Notes: generated by a model not told the origin, from the letters alone. A DNA stretch of 64,000 nt from Promethearchaeota archaeon (GCA_011364925.1 RDOA01000015.1:8076-72075); one strand, 5' to 3'. Numbered from the stretch's first letter, positions 1-10,370 are shown. Program-made: numbers and translations.

Positions 1-1455
1 ATCAGGAACGCCAATTACCGCGCATTCTTGAATCGCTGGATGTTCGTATAATACTTCCTCAATCTCCCTCGGATAAACGCTATGTCCTTTGTATTTTATT
101 AGATCTTTTATCCGATCTAATAAAAATAAGTAATATTCGTTATCAAGCCTTCCATAATCACCAGTACGCAACCATTTATAGCCACCCGCTTCAAAAAATA
201 CAAGTTTGTTTTCCTCTGGTCTGTTGTGGTATCCCACCATTACTTGCGGTCCAGATATAACAATCTCTCCCTCCTCGCCGATTGGAACGAATTCAAGATT
301 CTCATTTACGATACCTACAAGAGTATTGGTGAATGGATGTCCTACAGAGCCTCGTTTTAATTTTGACCATATTGTAGCTGTTATAGCGCCTGTACTAGTT
401 TCGCTAAGGCCATATCCTTCTGCCATTCTGAAACCCGTTCGTCGCTCCCATTCCAAGGCTAGCTCGTCAGGAAGCGCACCAGCACCACAGTTTGCGAATT
501 TCAGGCAAGTCATATCTACATCTTTCATATGAGGCGAGTTTAAAATGTTCACAAACATCGTGGGCACTCCAAGTAACATATTTGGACGCCATTTTTTGAT
601 TACCTCTGCAATTCTTTGAAGATCAAATGAGGGAAGGATGTACGCTTTTGATCCAACTAAACAACCCATTAATAGTTCACAAGCTTGTCCGTAGATATGA
701 TACCAAGGTAATATAGAAAGACCTTTTATATTTTCCTTAAGGTAATTCTCGATCATATAATCAGTAGTTTGTTTTATTGCCCAAAGCATTGATACCACAT
801 TATAATGCGATAAACAAGCACCTTTTGGAAGTCCAGTCGTTCCTCCTGTATATTGAATTATAGCAATATCTTCTTTTGGATTAATTTTGACTTCAAATTC
901 AAGAGGTTCTTGATATTTGTCCATTAATTTATCGTAATGAGTGATGATGTCTGTCTCAGGGACTGTAATTTCTTCTCCCATTATGTTCAATATAATTACT
1001 TTGTTAAGCGATATTTTTTCGGCAACTTTTTCGTATTCCCGGACGAATCTATCCATGGTAACTAAAATACTAGCACCAGAATCTTCGATTTGATAAGCAA
1101 GTTCTCTTCCAGTAAATAAGGGGCTAATAGCTGTTAAAGTAGCTCCGAGATAAATTGCAGCATAATACGCAATAGAGAATTGAGGACAATTAGGAAGCCA
1201 TAATGCAACAATATCCCCTTTCTTTACACCCAAATCTTTTAACACTGCAGCAAATCTTCTAGTTAACACATCTAATTGTTTCGTATTAAATTCTTTCCCA
1301 AAGAAATCCATTACAACTTGGTCAGGAAAATTTTCACCGCGATACTTCCATACATCAATCAACGACATGTTTTTAGGTAGTTCTAAGTCTACTGTTAGAC
1401 CATCCGGTAAAAATTCTTCCCAACTACGATTTTTTATATAGTCTGGAAGTTCCAT
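1..1455 (-). CDS. AMP-forming long-chain acyl-CoA ligase (3' end runs off the window)
   Basis: Not in the ORF track. Manual translation from ATG at 1455 (MELPDYIKNRSW...) gives the ANL motifs QYTGGTTGLPKG, EGYGLSET, WLRTGD and SVYPREIEEVL. Confidence 0.93.
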   Translation of the reverse strand, partial: MELPDYIKNRSWEEFLPDGLTVDLELPKNMSLIDVWKYRGENFPDQVVMDFFGKEFNTKQLDVLTRRFAAVLKDLGVKKGDIVALWLPNCPQFSIAYYAAIYLGATLTAISPLFTGRELAYQIEDSGASILVTMDRFVREYEKVAEKISLNKVIILNIMGEEITVPETDIITHYDKLMDKYQEPLEFEVKINPKEDIAIIQYTGGTTGLPKGACLSHYNVVSMLWAIKQTTDYMIENYLKENIKGLSILPWYHIYGQACELLMGCLVGSKAYILPSFDLQRIAEVIKKWRPNMLLGVPTMFVNILNSPHMKDVDMTCLKFANCGAGALPDELALEWERRTGFRMAEGYGLSETSTGAITATIWSKLKRGSVGHPFTNTLVGIVNENLEFVPIGEEGEIVISGPQVMVGYHNRPEENKLVFFEAGGYKWLRTGDYGRLDNEYYLFLLDRIKDLIKYKGHSVYPREIEEVLYEHPAIQECAVIGVPD

Positions 1456-1465
1456 TTATTGTAAT

Positions 1466-1471
1466 ACCTCC
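1466..1471 (-). promoter_or_regulatory. Shine-Dalgarno-like GGAGGT upstream of the acyl-CoA ligase
   Basis: GGAGGT on the minus strand, 10 nt before the ATG at 1455. Confidence 0.5.
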
Positions 1472-1595
1472 AATTTTATTTTTCAAAATCAATTAATTGT
1501 TAGTCTAAAGATTCTCATATCATATTTAAGTTTTATTTGAAGATGGAGATGTAACTTAGTACTAAAAAAAACAATGTTTATAGAACAAGATAATT

Positions 1596-3068
1596 TCATA
1601 ATAAATCTAAAAATTTCGTAATTCGCAACTGTTTTTTATCATCTAGATATCTTAAAAAACCTTTGGTGGGAGCACCAGCTCGTAATGCTATTTTAGAACT
1701 TGTTTCCTCGTATCGCTTGATACTTTTAAAATCAAAATTGAACTTTGCCATAGAATCTCTCACTTTCAATTGCCACTTTACAAAATTTTTATATAATCGA
1801 TTATTCACTCTCGCTCGGGAGATGTAGTGATTTTCATAATATTGAATTTCCCGAAGGTTATAATTTGTATAATATCTGAAGTTTTGCCCCATCCAGAAAA
1901 AATGTGAAACTAATTCTGAATATTTCCCAAGACTACAACCTACTAATTTTAATACCTTGAGAAAAGGTAAATCGTTTAAGTATTCGGGTATTTCTTTAAT
2001 TTCAACATTCCCAGATAAATCGAGCCATTCTAAATTCTTTAATTGACTTAAACCTTTGACATTTTTTATGTAGTTATTCTTTAAGTTCAGCTTTCTCAAA
2101 TTTTTTAAACGATCTAATCCTTTTATTTCAGTAATTTTATTATTACTTAAATCTAAATGCTCTACCTTTGTTTCAATATCCTCTAATCCTTTTATTTCTG
2201 AAATATTCTCAATTGTTTTGTTAGAAAGGTTTAAAAGATTGTTTTGTAGCATTCCAATAAAATTATTTTTATATATAATGAGTTTTACATCTAAACAATC
2301 ATAATTAATTATCGCTTTATTAAGGAATTTAAGGAGAGGAAAACTCTTGTTTTTTTTATACCGATTATAAATAATTTCAATAAAGGATTGCTTGAACTCG
2401 TCAGGAATGTTTTCAATTGATTTAATTAAAATTAAATATTTATAAGACAGCCGAAAGGATCCTAAAAATTGCGAAACAAGCGATTGAATTTGCCGTTCAG
2501 AATCGGAATTTATACCCCCTTTTAGATGTGAAGTAATCTTCTTTGAAAATTCTTCTATGCTTGGAAAATCAATATCGACCAGGATACTTTCAAATTCATC
2601 TTCTGTTAAGTAATTTAGATAACCATTTTGGGTTAAAAATCGAACTACGGTAGGATGACCAGTAGCGTACCTCATTGCTATTTCTTCTTTAAATTTTCGT
2701 TTAGCTATTATATCTCCCGCATCACACAACGCTTTTAACAGAGGAAAAGCTAAATTACGATGAAGAATTCGAGTATCATAATCATTATCAACCCACGCTT
2801 GGATGTTTGAACAATGACCCCAGAACTCTGTTTCAGGCGGGACTAATCTGTGATTGCGTTCCATGTTGCGACTCAACCTTACTGCAGCTTCGTCTATTGA
2901 TCTTATTTCATCATATCTTTCTATTTCGTGAACGGGAATATCCAGTAGTAGATACATGCATTGTCTGAAAGGTCGACCATTTACATAAATGATCGTTCTT
3001 CCACCCTCCAGTTTTAAGGTTAAAAGGTCGTTAATCTTAAAATCCTTTTTAGTCGTGGGAGCATACAT
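1596..3068 (-). CDS. Leucine-rich repeat protein with Lokiarchaeia-type N-terminal domain
   Basis: N-terminal FWGHCSNIQAW..YDTRILHRNLAFPLLKAL..FKEEI motif; LRRs (LDLSNNKITEIKGL, LNLKNNYIKNVKGL, LDLSGN). Confidence 0.85.
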   Translation of the reverse strand: MYAPTTKKDFKINDLLTLKLEGGRTIIYVNGRPFRQCMYLLLDIPVHEIERYDEIRSIDEAAVRLSRNMERNHRLVPPETEFWGHCSNIQAWVDNDYDTRILHRNLAFPLLKALCDAGDIIAKRKFKEEIAMRYATGHPTVVRFLTQNGYLNYLTEDEFESILVDIDFPSIEEFSKKITSHLKGGINSDSERQIQSLVSQFLGSFRLSYKYLILIKSIENIPDEFKQSFIEIIYNRYKKNKSFPLLKFLNKAIINYDCLDVKLIIYKNNFIGMLQNNLLNLSNKTIENISEIKGLEDIETKVEHLDLSNNKITEIKGLDRLKNLRKLNLKNNYIKNVKGLSQLKNLEWLDLSGNVEIKEIPEYLNDLPFLKVLKLVGCSLGKYSELVSHFFWMGQNFRYYTNYNLREIQYYENHYISRARVNNRLYKNFVKWQLKVRDSMAKFNFDFKSIKRYEETSSKIALRAGAPTKGFLRYLDDKKQLRITKFLDLL

Positions 3069-3223
3069 AATAAAATGATTTCAGTTGAATAGAAATTTAT
3101 TAAATGGATTTACTGTCTAACTGATGAAGTATTCAGTTGATAAATAAACAGTTTGTTAAAATTTTTAAAAGAAAAGAGAGAATTAATTTTCAAAAAAAAA
3201 TCAATATGTATAAAATTTTAAAC

Positions 3224-4324
3224 TTAGTTGTCAATAAGAGTTAGAGTGTTTAGGTTCACAGACTCCATTTTTGTACCTTTAAAAATTACTTCTCTTAATA
3301 ATTTTCCTTCTTTAGACATTTCAAGTTTACGAGATTGAGTTAAGCCCTCCATTAACTTATCCCTTTCGATGTTCAAGAATCCCATCTCTATAGCATTATT
3401 AATAATTAGATTTAGTACTAATAGTTGAAATTGTTCCATTATTTCGTCCCATAATAACCCCATTTCCTTTAATTCTACGGTGATTTCTTCAGACATTACA
3501 TCTAAATCGTAAATCTGATTTGAAATTCCTTCTTGTAAGTTAATTATCTCGTCTATTAATCGATCTTTTATCAATCTTAAGGTTGTAGTCCCAAGTAAAT
3601 CTTCCTCGTGAAAGAAAAAATCGCTATCAGCTCGTTTGATAAGGTAAAAACCAAATTCATGTTTTATGAGTTTTATTCTTGCTAAATAGGTAATTGCCTC
3701 TCTATCAACTTTAAAAGTTTCACAGAATTGGTCCAAATCTAATTTGTATCCCTTAAAATTTGGTGAAGGGATGTCAAATCTCCAATATTTTTTTGCAAAA
3801 GCACCTTGTCCGAGGATTGAATTATAAAAAATATAAAAAAGCGACATGTATAAGTCCCTATCTTGCTGTAATTCAAAGAAGTTATCGCCAATTTTTGAGA
3901 CTATTCTTACGATGTGAATAATAAAAGCTGCTTCTAAATTTCTCTGTTTATAAAAATCGATTAAATCCTCGAGCTTTCTTACGTTTTCTTTAAGTTCATG
4001 GACAACAAATAGTTCGTCCTTCAATTGTAGTGGTTCCTCGCCTAATTTCTCTACACCCTTGTCAGTAATGACATAGAAACGATATTGTTTATTCGAATCT
4101 TTATCTGTAATAAGCCTTTGTTCTATCGTCTTATCTTTACTATGTAATGTAAGATATTTAGATACAGTTGACCTGCTTAATTTTGAGTGCTTAACCAAAT
4201 TTGTAAATCTTTGCGGTCCTAAATTTCTTAAAATGAACAAAATTCTTCGACTGTTATCTTGAATATTATCAGATTTCGTTAACAATTCTCTTTTTAATTT
4301 TTCAGAGATTTTCCAACTCTCCAT
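3224..4324 (-). CDS. Winged-HTH (ArsR/MarR-like) domain protein
   Basis: RFTNLVKHSKLSRSTVSKYL...YVITDKG. ATG at 4324 preferred over TTG at 4339. Confidence 0.7.
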   Translation of the reverse strand: MESWKISEKLKRELLTKSDNIQDNSRRILFILRNLGPQRFTNLVKHSKLSRSTVSKYLTLHSKDKTIEQRLITDKDSNKQYRFYVITDKGVEKLGEEPLQLKDELFVVHELKENVRKLEDLIDFYKQRNLEAAFIIHIVRIVSKIGDNFFELQQDRDLYMSLFYIFYNSILGQGAFAKKYWRFDIPSPNFKGYKLDLDQFCETFKVDREAITYLARIKLIKHEFGFYLIKRADSDFFFHEEDLLGTTTLRLIKDRLIDEIINLQEGISNQIYDLDVMSEEITVELKEMGLLWDEIMEQFQLLVLNLIINNAIEMGFLNIERDKLMEGLTQSRKLEMSKEGKLLREVIFKGTKMESVNLNTLTLIDN

Positions 4325-4606
4325 ATTTATATTATACAAATTTAATATTTTAAATCTATACTTTTTTTTTGGACTTATACTAAAAGATTTCTAAAAAACA
4401 AAAAATATTAGTTTGAGTATAGTATTAAAATCGGAGATAAAAAGCCATAGCCCAGCAACAAGAAAAAATATATACCCAAATATTACTTTCCTTAAAAATA
4501 AAATATGATTTAGACTTAAGTATGAACAATAAGACCACATTCTTTAAAATATTGAATTCTAATAATATTATTAACAATAATAAAAAAAATATAAAGTGAT
4601 ATTGAA

Positions 4607-4858
4607 ATGACCCAATACAGGTTTAGGCTCACAGGAGTGCCCCCAGATCAAGCAATCAAGCTCATTGAAGTAGATCCTAATCAATCAATCGCAGAGATTA
4701 AGAAAACAGTTCAGAGAGAGTATAAACTTAATCCTATTCTAGCGATTCAATTTATCTTCAAAGGAAAAGTACTCCCTGATCAGTTAAAATTCGCTAAAAT
4801 TGGAATTCATCCAAAGAAGGATGTTATAACCGTTATGGCTACACAAGCTGGCGGATAA
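4607..4858 (+). CDS. Ubiquitin-like (beta-grasp) modifier ending in Gly-Gly, UFM1/ubiquitin-like
   Basis: 83 aa; QFIFKGKVLPD resembles ubiquitin LIFAGKQLED; terminal QAGG-stop. Confidence 0.88.
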   Translation: MTQYRFRLTGVPPDQAIKLIEVDPNQSIAEIKKTVQREYKLNPILAIQFIFKGKVLPDQLKFAKIGIHPKKDVITVMATQAGG

Positions 4859-4863
4859 AAAAT

Positions 4864-4888
4864 ATTTTTTTCTCTTTTTATTTTGTTT
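4864..4888 (+). terminator. T-rich archaeal-type terminator candidate
   Basis: Oligo-T tracts directly after the Ubl stop codon. Confidence 0.4.
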
Positions 4889-4924
4889 CGAAATCTTTTT
4901 ACTTCTTATATATGATTTTTTATT

Positions 4925-6148
4925 ATGGACTCTATAACTAAAATTGGAATTCAGAAAATTGAAAATGACAATGTAAAAGCAGCTGTATTTTCAACTCTCA
5001 AACTCATAGATGCTCAACAACTAATGCGTAAAGAAAATATGGTAGTTGTGTTAAAACCAAATCTATTAATGGGTAAACCAGCTGAAAGAGGTGTTAACAC
5101 TCATCCAGAAGTTGTTCGAGCTGTAATTCAATGGGTAAAACAATTCAATCCATCAAAGATTTACGTAAGTGATTCTGCTGGAGGTCAAAAACCAGGAATC
5201 ACAGAATTGGCTATGAAAGAGAGTGGAATTCAAGAAATTTGCGACCAAGAAGGAGCAATTTGTGTACCATTTGAAAAAACGGAGAGAGAAATTTATGAAG
5301 TTAAAGATGCTCTTGAATTAAAAGAAATTTCGAGTTCTCGATTGCTTAAAGAAGCTGATTTAATTATAAACATCCCCAAAATTAAAACTCATTGGCAATG
5401 CACTTTAACATGTTGTATTAAAAACATGTTTGGAACTATGCTTCTTGCAAATAAAGCGAAAACTCACGCTCAAACTGCAGTTTTGGAACGCTTTTGTTCA
5501 GCGTTAGCTGATATTTATTCAGTCTCTAAGCCACAATTAACGGTAATAGATGGATATTATTGTATGGAAGGTCAAGGACCATCGAGCGGTGATGTAGTTA
5601 AGTTAGACATAATTATGGCGGGATATGACGGTGTTGCTTTAGATACAGCTGTTTGTAAAATAATTGGATTTGATCCATCAGAAATATTGTATCTGGGTAA
5701 AGCGGTAGAAAAGAATTTAGGTACTACAAATCTTGAAGAAGTGGAAATCTTAGGTGAGACAATTGAATCCGTTTATCGAAAATTTAAACGACCAAAGCTT
5801 AAACCAATTTCAATGCCTCTACCAAAATGGTTCGCAGATTATATTGGGAAAACAATATTTAGAGCTAAAGTTAAATTCGATAAAAAAAAGTGCAAATTAT
5901 GTGCTACTTGCTGGACAAATTGCCCAGTAAGTGCGATCACACCCCCAGATGAGTTAAAAAAAGGAAATGTCCCAAATTGGGATAGTAAGAAGTGTATTAC
6001 CTGTTTCTGTTGCGTGGAGTTGTGTCCTCATGAAGCGGTTAAGTTTAAAATCAATTACATTAAAAATGTTCTAGCTTCATGGTTAGGATTGGGTTGCATT
6101 ATAGTCTTAGGTTTAATAACGATTCTTATTCTATGGTTAACTCTTTAG
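4925..6148 (+). CDS. DUF362 protein with 2x[4Fe-4S] ferredoxin domain and C-terminal TM helix
   Basis: LKPNLL, THPEVV, PKIKTH, IKNMFG, MEGQGPSSG; CKLCATCWTNCP and CITCFCCVELCP; hydrophobic tail. Confidence 0.9.
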   Translation: MDSITKIGIQKIENDNVKAAVFSTLKLIDAQQLMRKENMVVVLKPNLLMGKPAERGVNTHPEVVRAVIQWVKQFNPSKIYVSDSAGGQKPGITELAMKESGIQEICDQEGAICVPFEKTEREIYEVKDALELKEISSSRLLKEADLIINIPKIKTHWQCTLTCCIKNMFGTMLLANKAKTHAQTAVLERFCSALADIYSVSKPQLTVIDGYYCMEGQGPSSGDVVKLDIIMAGYDGVALDTAVCKIIGFDPSEILYLGKAVEKNLGTTNLEEVEILGETIESVYRKFKRPKLKPISMPLPKWFADYIGKTIFRAKVKFDKKKCKLCATCWTNCPVSAITPPDELKKGNVPNWDSKKCITCFCCVELCPHEAVKFKINYIKNVLASWLGLGCIIVLGLITILILWLTL

Positions 6149-6230
6149 AGATCTTCAATTGTGTCTTAGCTTTTCTTAAAATTGTAAAAAATTCTAATTG
6201 AACAATAAATGGGCCCACTCTTCTATGATA

Positions 6231-6992
6231 TTAACGACCCTTGAATATAGGCTTCCTATTTTCCTTAAGCGCTGCCTTTCCTTCTTTGAAGTCTTCGCTG
6301 ACTAATTGAGGTTGAATAAAAGTATTAAATTCCTCCTGTGCTAAACGCATAGCCTTTCTTCCTTCACTCTCCATGCTTTTGTAATGCCCATATTTAATAG
6401 CTTTTAGTGATAGTGGTGCATTATCCCGTAATATTTGAGCCATTTTAATAGCTTCTATCATAAGTTCTTCTTTATTTTTTGTTACATGATTGATTAGACC
6501 TAATTCATAAGCTCTTTGAGCACTCATCGGTTTCCCTGACATGTAAAATTCCATAGAAGCCTTGAAAGGCATATAGGGTTTATATTCTACAACAGCACCA
6601 ACAATTCCAACATAAACCTCACCAAAAATAAACTGAGTATCTTCTGTCGCATAAGTTATATCTGTGCTTAAAACTCCGAGCCCATATCCACTACCAATTA
6701 CATTTCCATGAACCGCTCCGATGATTGGTTTCAGGATTTTGGTACCATTTGGAGGAAAAGCTTTAAGAAGATCTTTTAACAAGCCCTTGACAAAAATATC
6801 TGCACCACGACTAAAATCGGGACCTTTTGCACTGAGAATTGCCACTCTACTTTCTGCATCTTTCGCAAAACGCTCCCATGCTTCTCCTAAAGCTCTACAT
6901 AAAGGGGGATCCAATCGATTATTCTCTGGATTGTCAATTGTAATGTAGGCAATCTGATCCTTGACCTCGTAAATTAAAACATCCTTCGTCAT
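6231..6992 (-). CDS. Enoyl-CoA hydratase/isomerase (crotonase family)
   Basis: FSRGADI, KPIIGAVHG, SAQRAYELGLIN, SEDFKEG..KRxP.F.GR-type end. Start moved to ATG at 6992 (MTKDV). Confidence 0.9.
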   Translation of the reverse strand: MTKDVLIYEVKDQIAYITIDNPENNRLDPPLCRALGEAWERFAKDAESRVAILSAKGPDFSRGADIFVKGLLKDLLKAFPPNGTKILKPIIGAVHGNVIGSGYGLGVLSTDITYATEDTQFIFGEVYVGIVGAVVEYKPYMPFKASMEFYMSGKPMSAQRAYELGLINHVTKNKEELMIEAIKMAQILRDNAPLSLKAIKYGHYKSMESEGRKAMRLAQEEFNTFIQPQLVSEDFKEGKAALKENRKPIFKGR

Positions 6993-7316
6993 ATTTTTAT
7001 TCACTTTATAGATATAATACATGTTTAAATGAATGTTATATATATAATTTATAGTTAAATCATAAATCGGAAAAAAAGATAAAAGTCTGGAACACAATCA
7101 TTCTCTATTTGTTCTTATTATTATATTAATTTAAAAATTTAAATATAATTGTAATTAAATCTACAGAGAGTATAGATCAGTACTTATAGAGTTTCTAAGA
7201 AAAGGAGTGGACAAAGATTAATAAAAAGAAAAACATTAATTAAAGAATTATTTCCTTTTTTTACACATTTTATAGTTTATTACAGAGAATAACAATCGAA
7301 GAGGAAAGAGCCGAAG

Positions 7317-7661
7317 ATGAGTAAAGAAAAGACTGTCCATGAGACAAAAGGTGTTGCGGTGAAGCTACTAGCAACATTTGACCTTGGCCCTGAAATAGAG
7401 GGGATGGAAGGGCGTCAATTTCGAATGCGTATGGTGACCTTCGAACCTGGCGGTGTCTTCGGTCCGGTTCACGACCACAAAGACAGGCCGGGTATGGTCT
7501 ATATACTGCAAGGAACGATCACAGACCATCGAAACGGAGTAGCTACGGACTATGGGCCAGGAGTGGGCTGGCCTGAGGATAAGAACACCACACACTGGCT
7601 TGAGAATAGAAGAACAACGCCGGCAGTGGAAATCTCAGTCGATATCGTCAAACAAGAGTAA
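7317..7661 (+). CDS. Cupin domain protein
   Basis: HDHKDRPGMVYILQG and THWLEN cupin motifs; GC well above the flanks. Confidence 0.88.
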   Translation: MSKEKTVHETKGVAVKLLATFDLGPEIEGMEGRQFRMRMVTFEPGGVFGPVHDHKDRPGMVYILQGTITDHRNGVATDYGPGVGWPEDKNTTHWLENRRTTPAVEISVDIVKQE

Positions 7662-7729
7662 GTCATATTTTATTCACTTTTTTTAAATTTAAAGAAATTT
7701 CTTGACAGATATAGAGAATATTATTTCTT

Positions 7730-7820
7730 CTAAAAAATAAAAGGCAACCAATCATACCATCGATCGCGTTCTTTGATTCTAGTAGAGCCACATTTAGGGC
7801 ACCTAAGATATTTTGTTTTT
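7730..7820 (-). pseudogene. Zinc-ribbon gene fragment
   Basis: KYLRCPKCGSTRIKERDRWYDWLPFIF*: one CxxC knuckle and no credible start codon. Confidence 0.3.
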
Positions 7821-7892
7821 CTAAAGGAATAAATTAAGATCTTTAACCATATAATATAAAAAAAAAGGGTATTATAATTTGAATTTTTAATC

Positions 7893-10370
7893 TTATAGCC
7901 ATAAATTATATCTCCAAACAGACTCAGCAACTCTCTTAATGTCACTGAAACGGAAGAGAACTGGTTTATAAGTCCAAGTGTCGTATAGTGGTAGTTGATC
8001 ATAGGCATGAGGGCTTGGTCCAGTTAAAGCACTAAAGAATCCACTTTGACCTGGTGGAATTACATTTACGGCGTGAGGCGTTGATTTTTGGAACCAGTGG
8101 CGCCAACTGTATTTTGGCATTTCAGCTATGTGATTATAAGTTCCTCGATTCATGTAATGCATTGTTGGAGTGGGTAATGCTCCTAAGGAATTAAGTTTTA
8201 CGATAATGACTGGTGTAAGCCATTCATCTATATCATCACCTCTCGTTGCTTTTAAGTCAGCTATTGCCATTTTTAAAGCACGATTAATTACCACGTTTCT
8301 ATCTTCTCCATTAAGATAATCAAAATTAAGCGGTAATTTTGAATTAGCTCCATCAAAAACATGAATAAGGGTACTTGGGTTTCCATTTACAGCAAGTTCA
8401 TCAAATACTTCATCAAAAATCCTGTTGTACCACGCATCAAATATAGTTAATCCTGGATCGTCATATGTTGCATCGGGGTCGGGATAAATTGGAGCTATCT
8501 CATCGTTATAATGATGATTCCACGCTTCAAGATAGGGAAAAACATCCTTTATCTCCTGATCATCTGATGTACCAGCAGCTTCTACAAGATAATGGAGAAA
8601 ATTCATCCCTGCAATATGATTGTATCCTGCTTCCATGTTAATCCTATTCATATCTTCAAATGTAAATTTATCTCCAGCTGCCAAGACTTCTTGGATCCAT
8701 TTAACACGATGTCCCTCACCCCAATCTGCTTCTGAATATGGCCAATTAGCAATAGGTTTATTATTCCAGTTTGCCATATAACCTTGAGTTGGATTAACTG
8801 CTTTAGGCATTTCTTTAAAGCCAGTTAGACCAATCCATTCTTCTTCTCCAGTTCCGTATAATGGGAATCGATCATCGATTAATCTTGGGCCATCTCCAAA
8901 ATCTTTACCATAAGTTGGTTTAATTGGGTATTTTCCAGAATGCCAATATGCAATATTTCCACATCGATCAATCCAATAGAAGTTATGACTTAAATCTACT
9001 CTTTTAGCAGCCTCTTGCATGTCGTATAGATTTTCAGCTTGTTGAAAGAGCATCCAACCTTCTTCAGCTGTTAATTCGTCTTTGTAGAATGGGACCTTCA
9101 TGGTATACGCACGATTATTTGCTAAATCCCATCCATAAACAGGATGGATGAGGGGTCCGTGTACTGTACGATAAATTGTGTAATCTACAGGGTTCGTTTT
9201 AAAAGGGCCATATATCGTTTCTGTTCTTTGTTCCATATCAACCCATTCACCATTATATTTGTATTGGTATTGATTGGCAGGATTTAATTCCTCAATGTAT
9301 GTATCAACTAGATCTGAAGAACCGGTTGTTGATGTCCATGCACCATCTTTACTCACTCCAATCAAAATTGTGGGAGCCATAGGCATCATCATACCTACGG
9401 CATCTATGCCTGCACCATGAAATCCTATTTCACTAACAATTTGAGGTGTTGAATGGCCCATTTGAGGACCTCCTACTTGCATAGCATTTCTTGAGACCGA
9501 TTTCCATGGATTAACCATCCATGCATTGCTTCCGAATTTTGTTGGTAAACCCATCGAATCAAAAAATTCATCTTGACCCATTCTAAATTCCTCGTAACAT
9601 TGAGCAATATTACCTATATTGCTAGGAAGATGAGATGGTTTGCTACCGTATCCTTTTAAATCAGGGTAACTAGCCCCACTTGGTATGGTAACTTCTGCTC
9701 CTGGATCTTGTTGAGGGTAAAGATCATTAAAGATTTCCCAAGCTAAATCTGGGCCATAAACTGATTCAAGAGCTTCATAACGACTTGCATAGGTTAGTTC
9801 ATTTCCTCCTGTTGCTCCAAATCTCCATGCCATCATCACAAAAAGAGCAACACTATCCTCGATTGTCCATGGTTCGAGTGGAAACCCATAAGCCAGATAC
9901 TCAGCAGGCATAAGAGAGGGATCGCCATTCATGAGAGCCTCATTAGCTTCAGCAATATACAAGTTCAAACCGTCTTTATATGCTACGATCATTTCTTTCA
10001 GCTTTTTTCCTGGAAATGAAGGTTCCCAATTATCCCAAATTTCTCCTAATTCTTCCCTGCTATACCCTAGTGATCTTGTTATATAATCATTATTATAACT
10101 TCCTATACCAAATTCAAAGAGATTACCAAAAGCTTGTTTTCGGAATAGATCTGCTTGCCATAATCGATCTTGACCAATGGCATAACCAGCACCAAAAGCT
10201 AATCCCTCCTTTGTGTTTGCAAAAATATGAGGTACTCCATAATTATCTCGTATTATAGTCACTTTATCTTTTTCTTTTCTCTTTCTACCACATGCATTAG
10301 CAGGTTGGGTGGGTAAGAGCATTAGCAATATTATTACAAAAGTTGTACAAACAATCAGCTTTTTTTTCAT
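7893..10370 (-). CDS. Secreted penicillin/AHL acylase family Ntn hydrolase (S45)
   Basis: Signal peptide ending ANA; IIRDNYGVPHIFA, QDRLWQ, GSNAW (nucleophile Ser), RTVHGP, NWNNKP, PPGQSG. Confidence 0.93.
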   Translation of the reverse strand: MKKKLIVCTTFVIILLMLLPTQPANACGRKRKEKDKVTIIRDNYGVPHIFANTKEGLAFGAGYAIGQDRLWQADLFRKQAFGNLFEFGIGSYNNDYITRSLGYSREELGEIWDNWEPSFPGKKLKEMIVAYKDGLNLYIAEANEALMNGDPSLMPAEYLAYGFPLEPWTIEDSVALFVMMAWRFGATGGNELTYASRYEALESVYGPDLAWEIFNDLYPQQDPGAEVTIPSGASYPDLKGYGSKPSHLPSNIGNIAQCYEEFRMGQDEFFDSMGLPTKFGSNAWMVNPWKSVSRNAMQVGGPQMGHSTPQIVSEIGFHGAGIDAVGMMMPMAPTILIGVSKDGAWTSTTGSSDLVDTYIEELNPANQYQYKYNGEWVDMEQRTETIYGPFKTNPVDYTIYRTVHGPLIHPVYGWDLANNRAYTMKVPFYKDELTAEEGWMLFQQAENLYDMQEAAKRVDLSHNFYWIDRCGNIAYWHSGKYPIKPTYGKDFGDGPRLIDDRFPLYGTGEEEWIGLTGFKEMPKAVNPTQGYMANWNNKPIANWPYSEADWGEGHRVKWIQEVLAAGDKFTFEDMNRINMEAGYNHIAGMNFLHYLVEAAGTSDDQEIKDVFPYLEAWNHHYNDEIAPIYPDPDATYDDPGLTIFDAWYNRIFDEVFDELAVNGNPSTLIHVFDGANSKLPLNFDYLNGEDRNVVINRALKMAIADLKATRGDDIDEWLTPVIIVKLNSLGALPTPTMHYMNRGTYNHIAEMPKYSWRHWFQKSTPHAVNVIPPGQSGFFSALTGPSPHAYDQLPLYDTWTYKPVLFRFSDIKRVAESVWRYNLWL

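Noticed and set aside
206-532. 108-aa plus-strand ORF
   Set aside because: Antisense shadow of the acyl-CoA ligase.
4391-4540. 49-aa hydrophobic minus-strand ORF and a tRNA-like GCCATAGCCCAG fragment
   Set aside because: F/I/L richness is expected from AT-rich intergenic DNA; no T-arm or acceptor stem for a tRNA.
7730-8008. 92-aa ORF as an intact gene
   Set aside because: Overlaps the acylase 3' end out of frame and crosses its T-rich downstream region; only the last 30 or so codons look coding.
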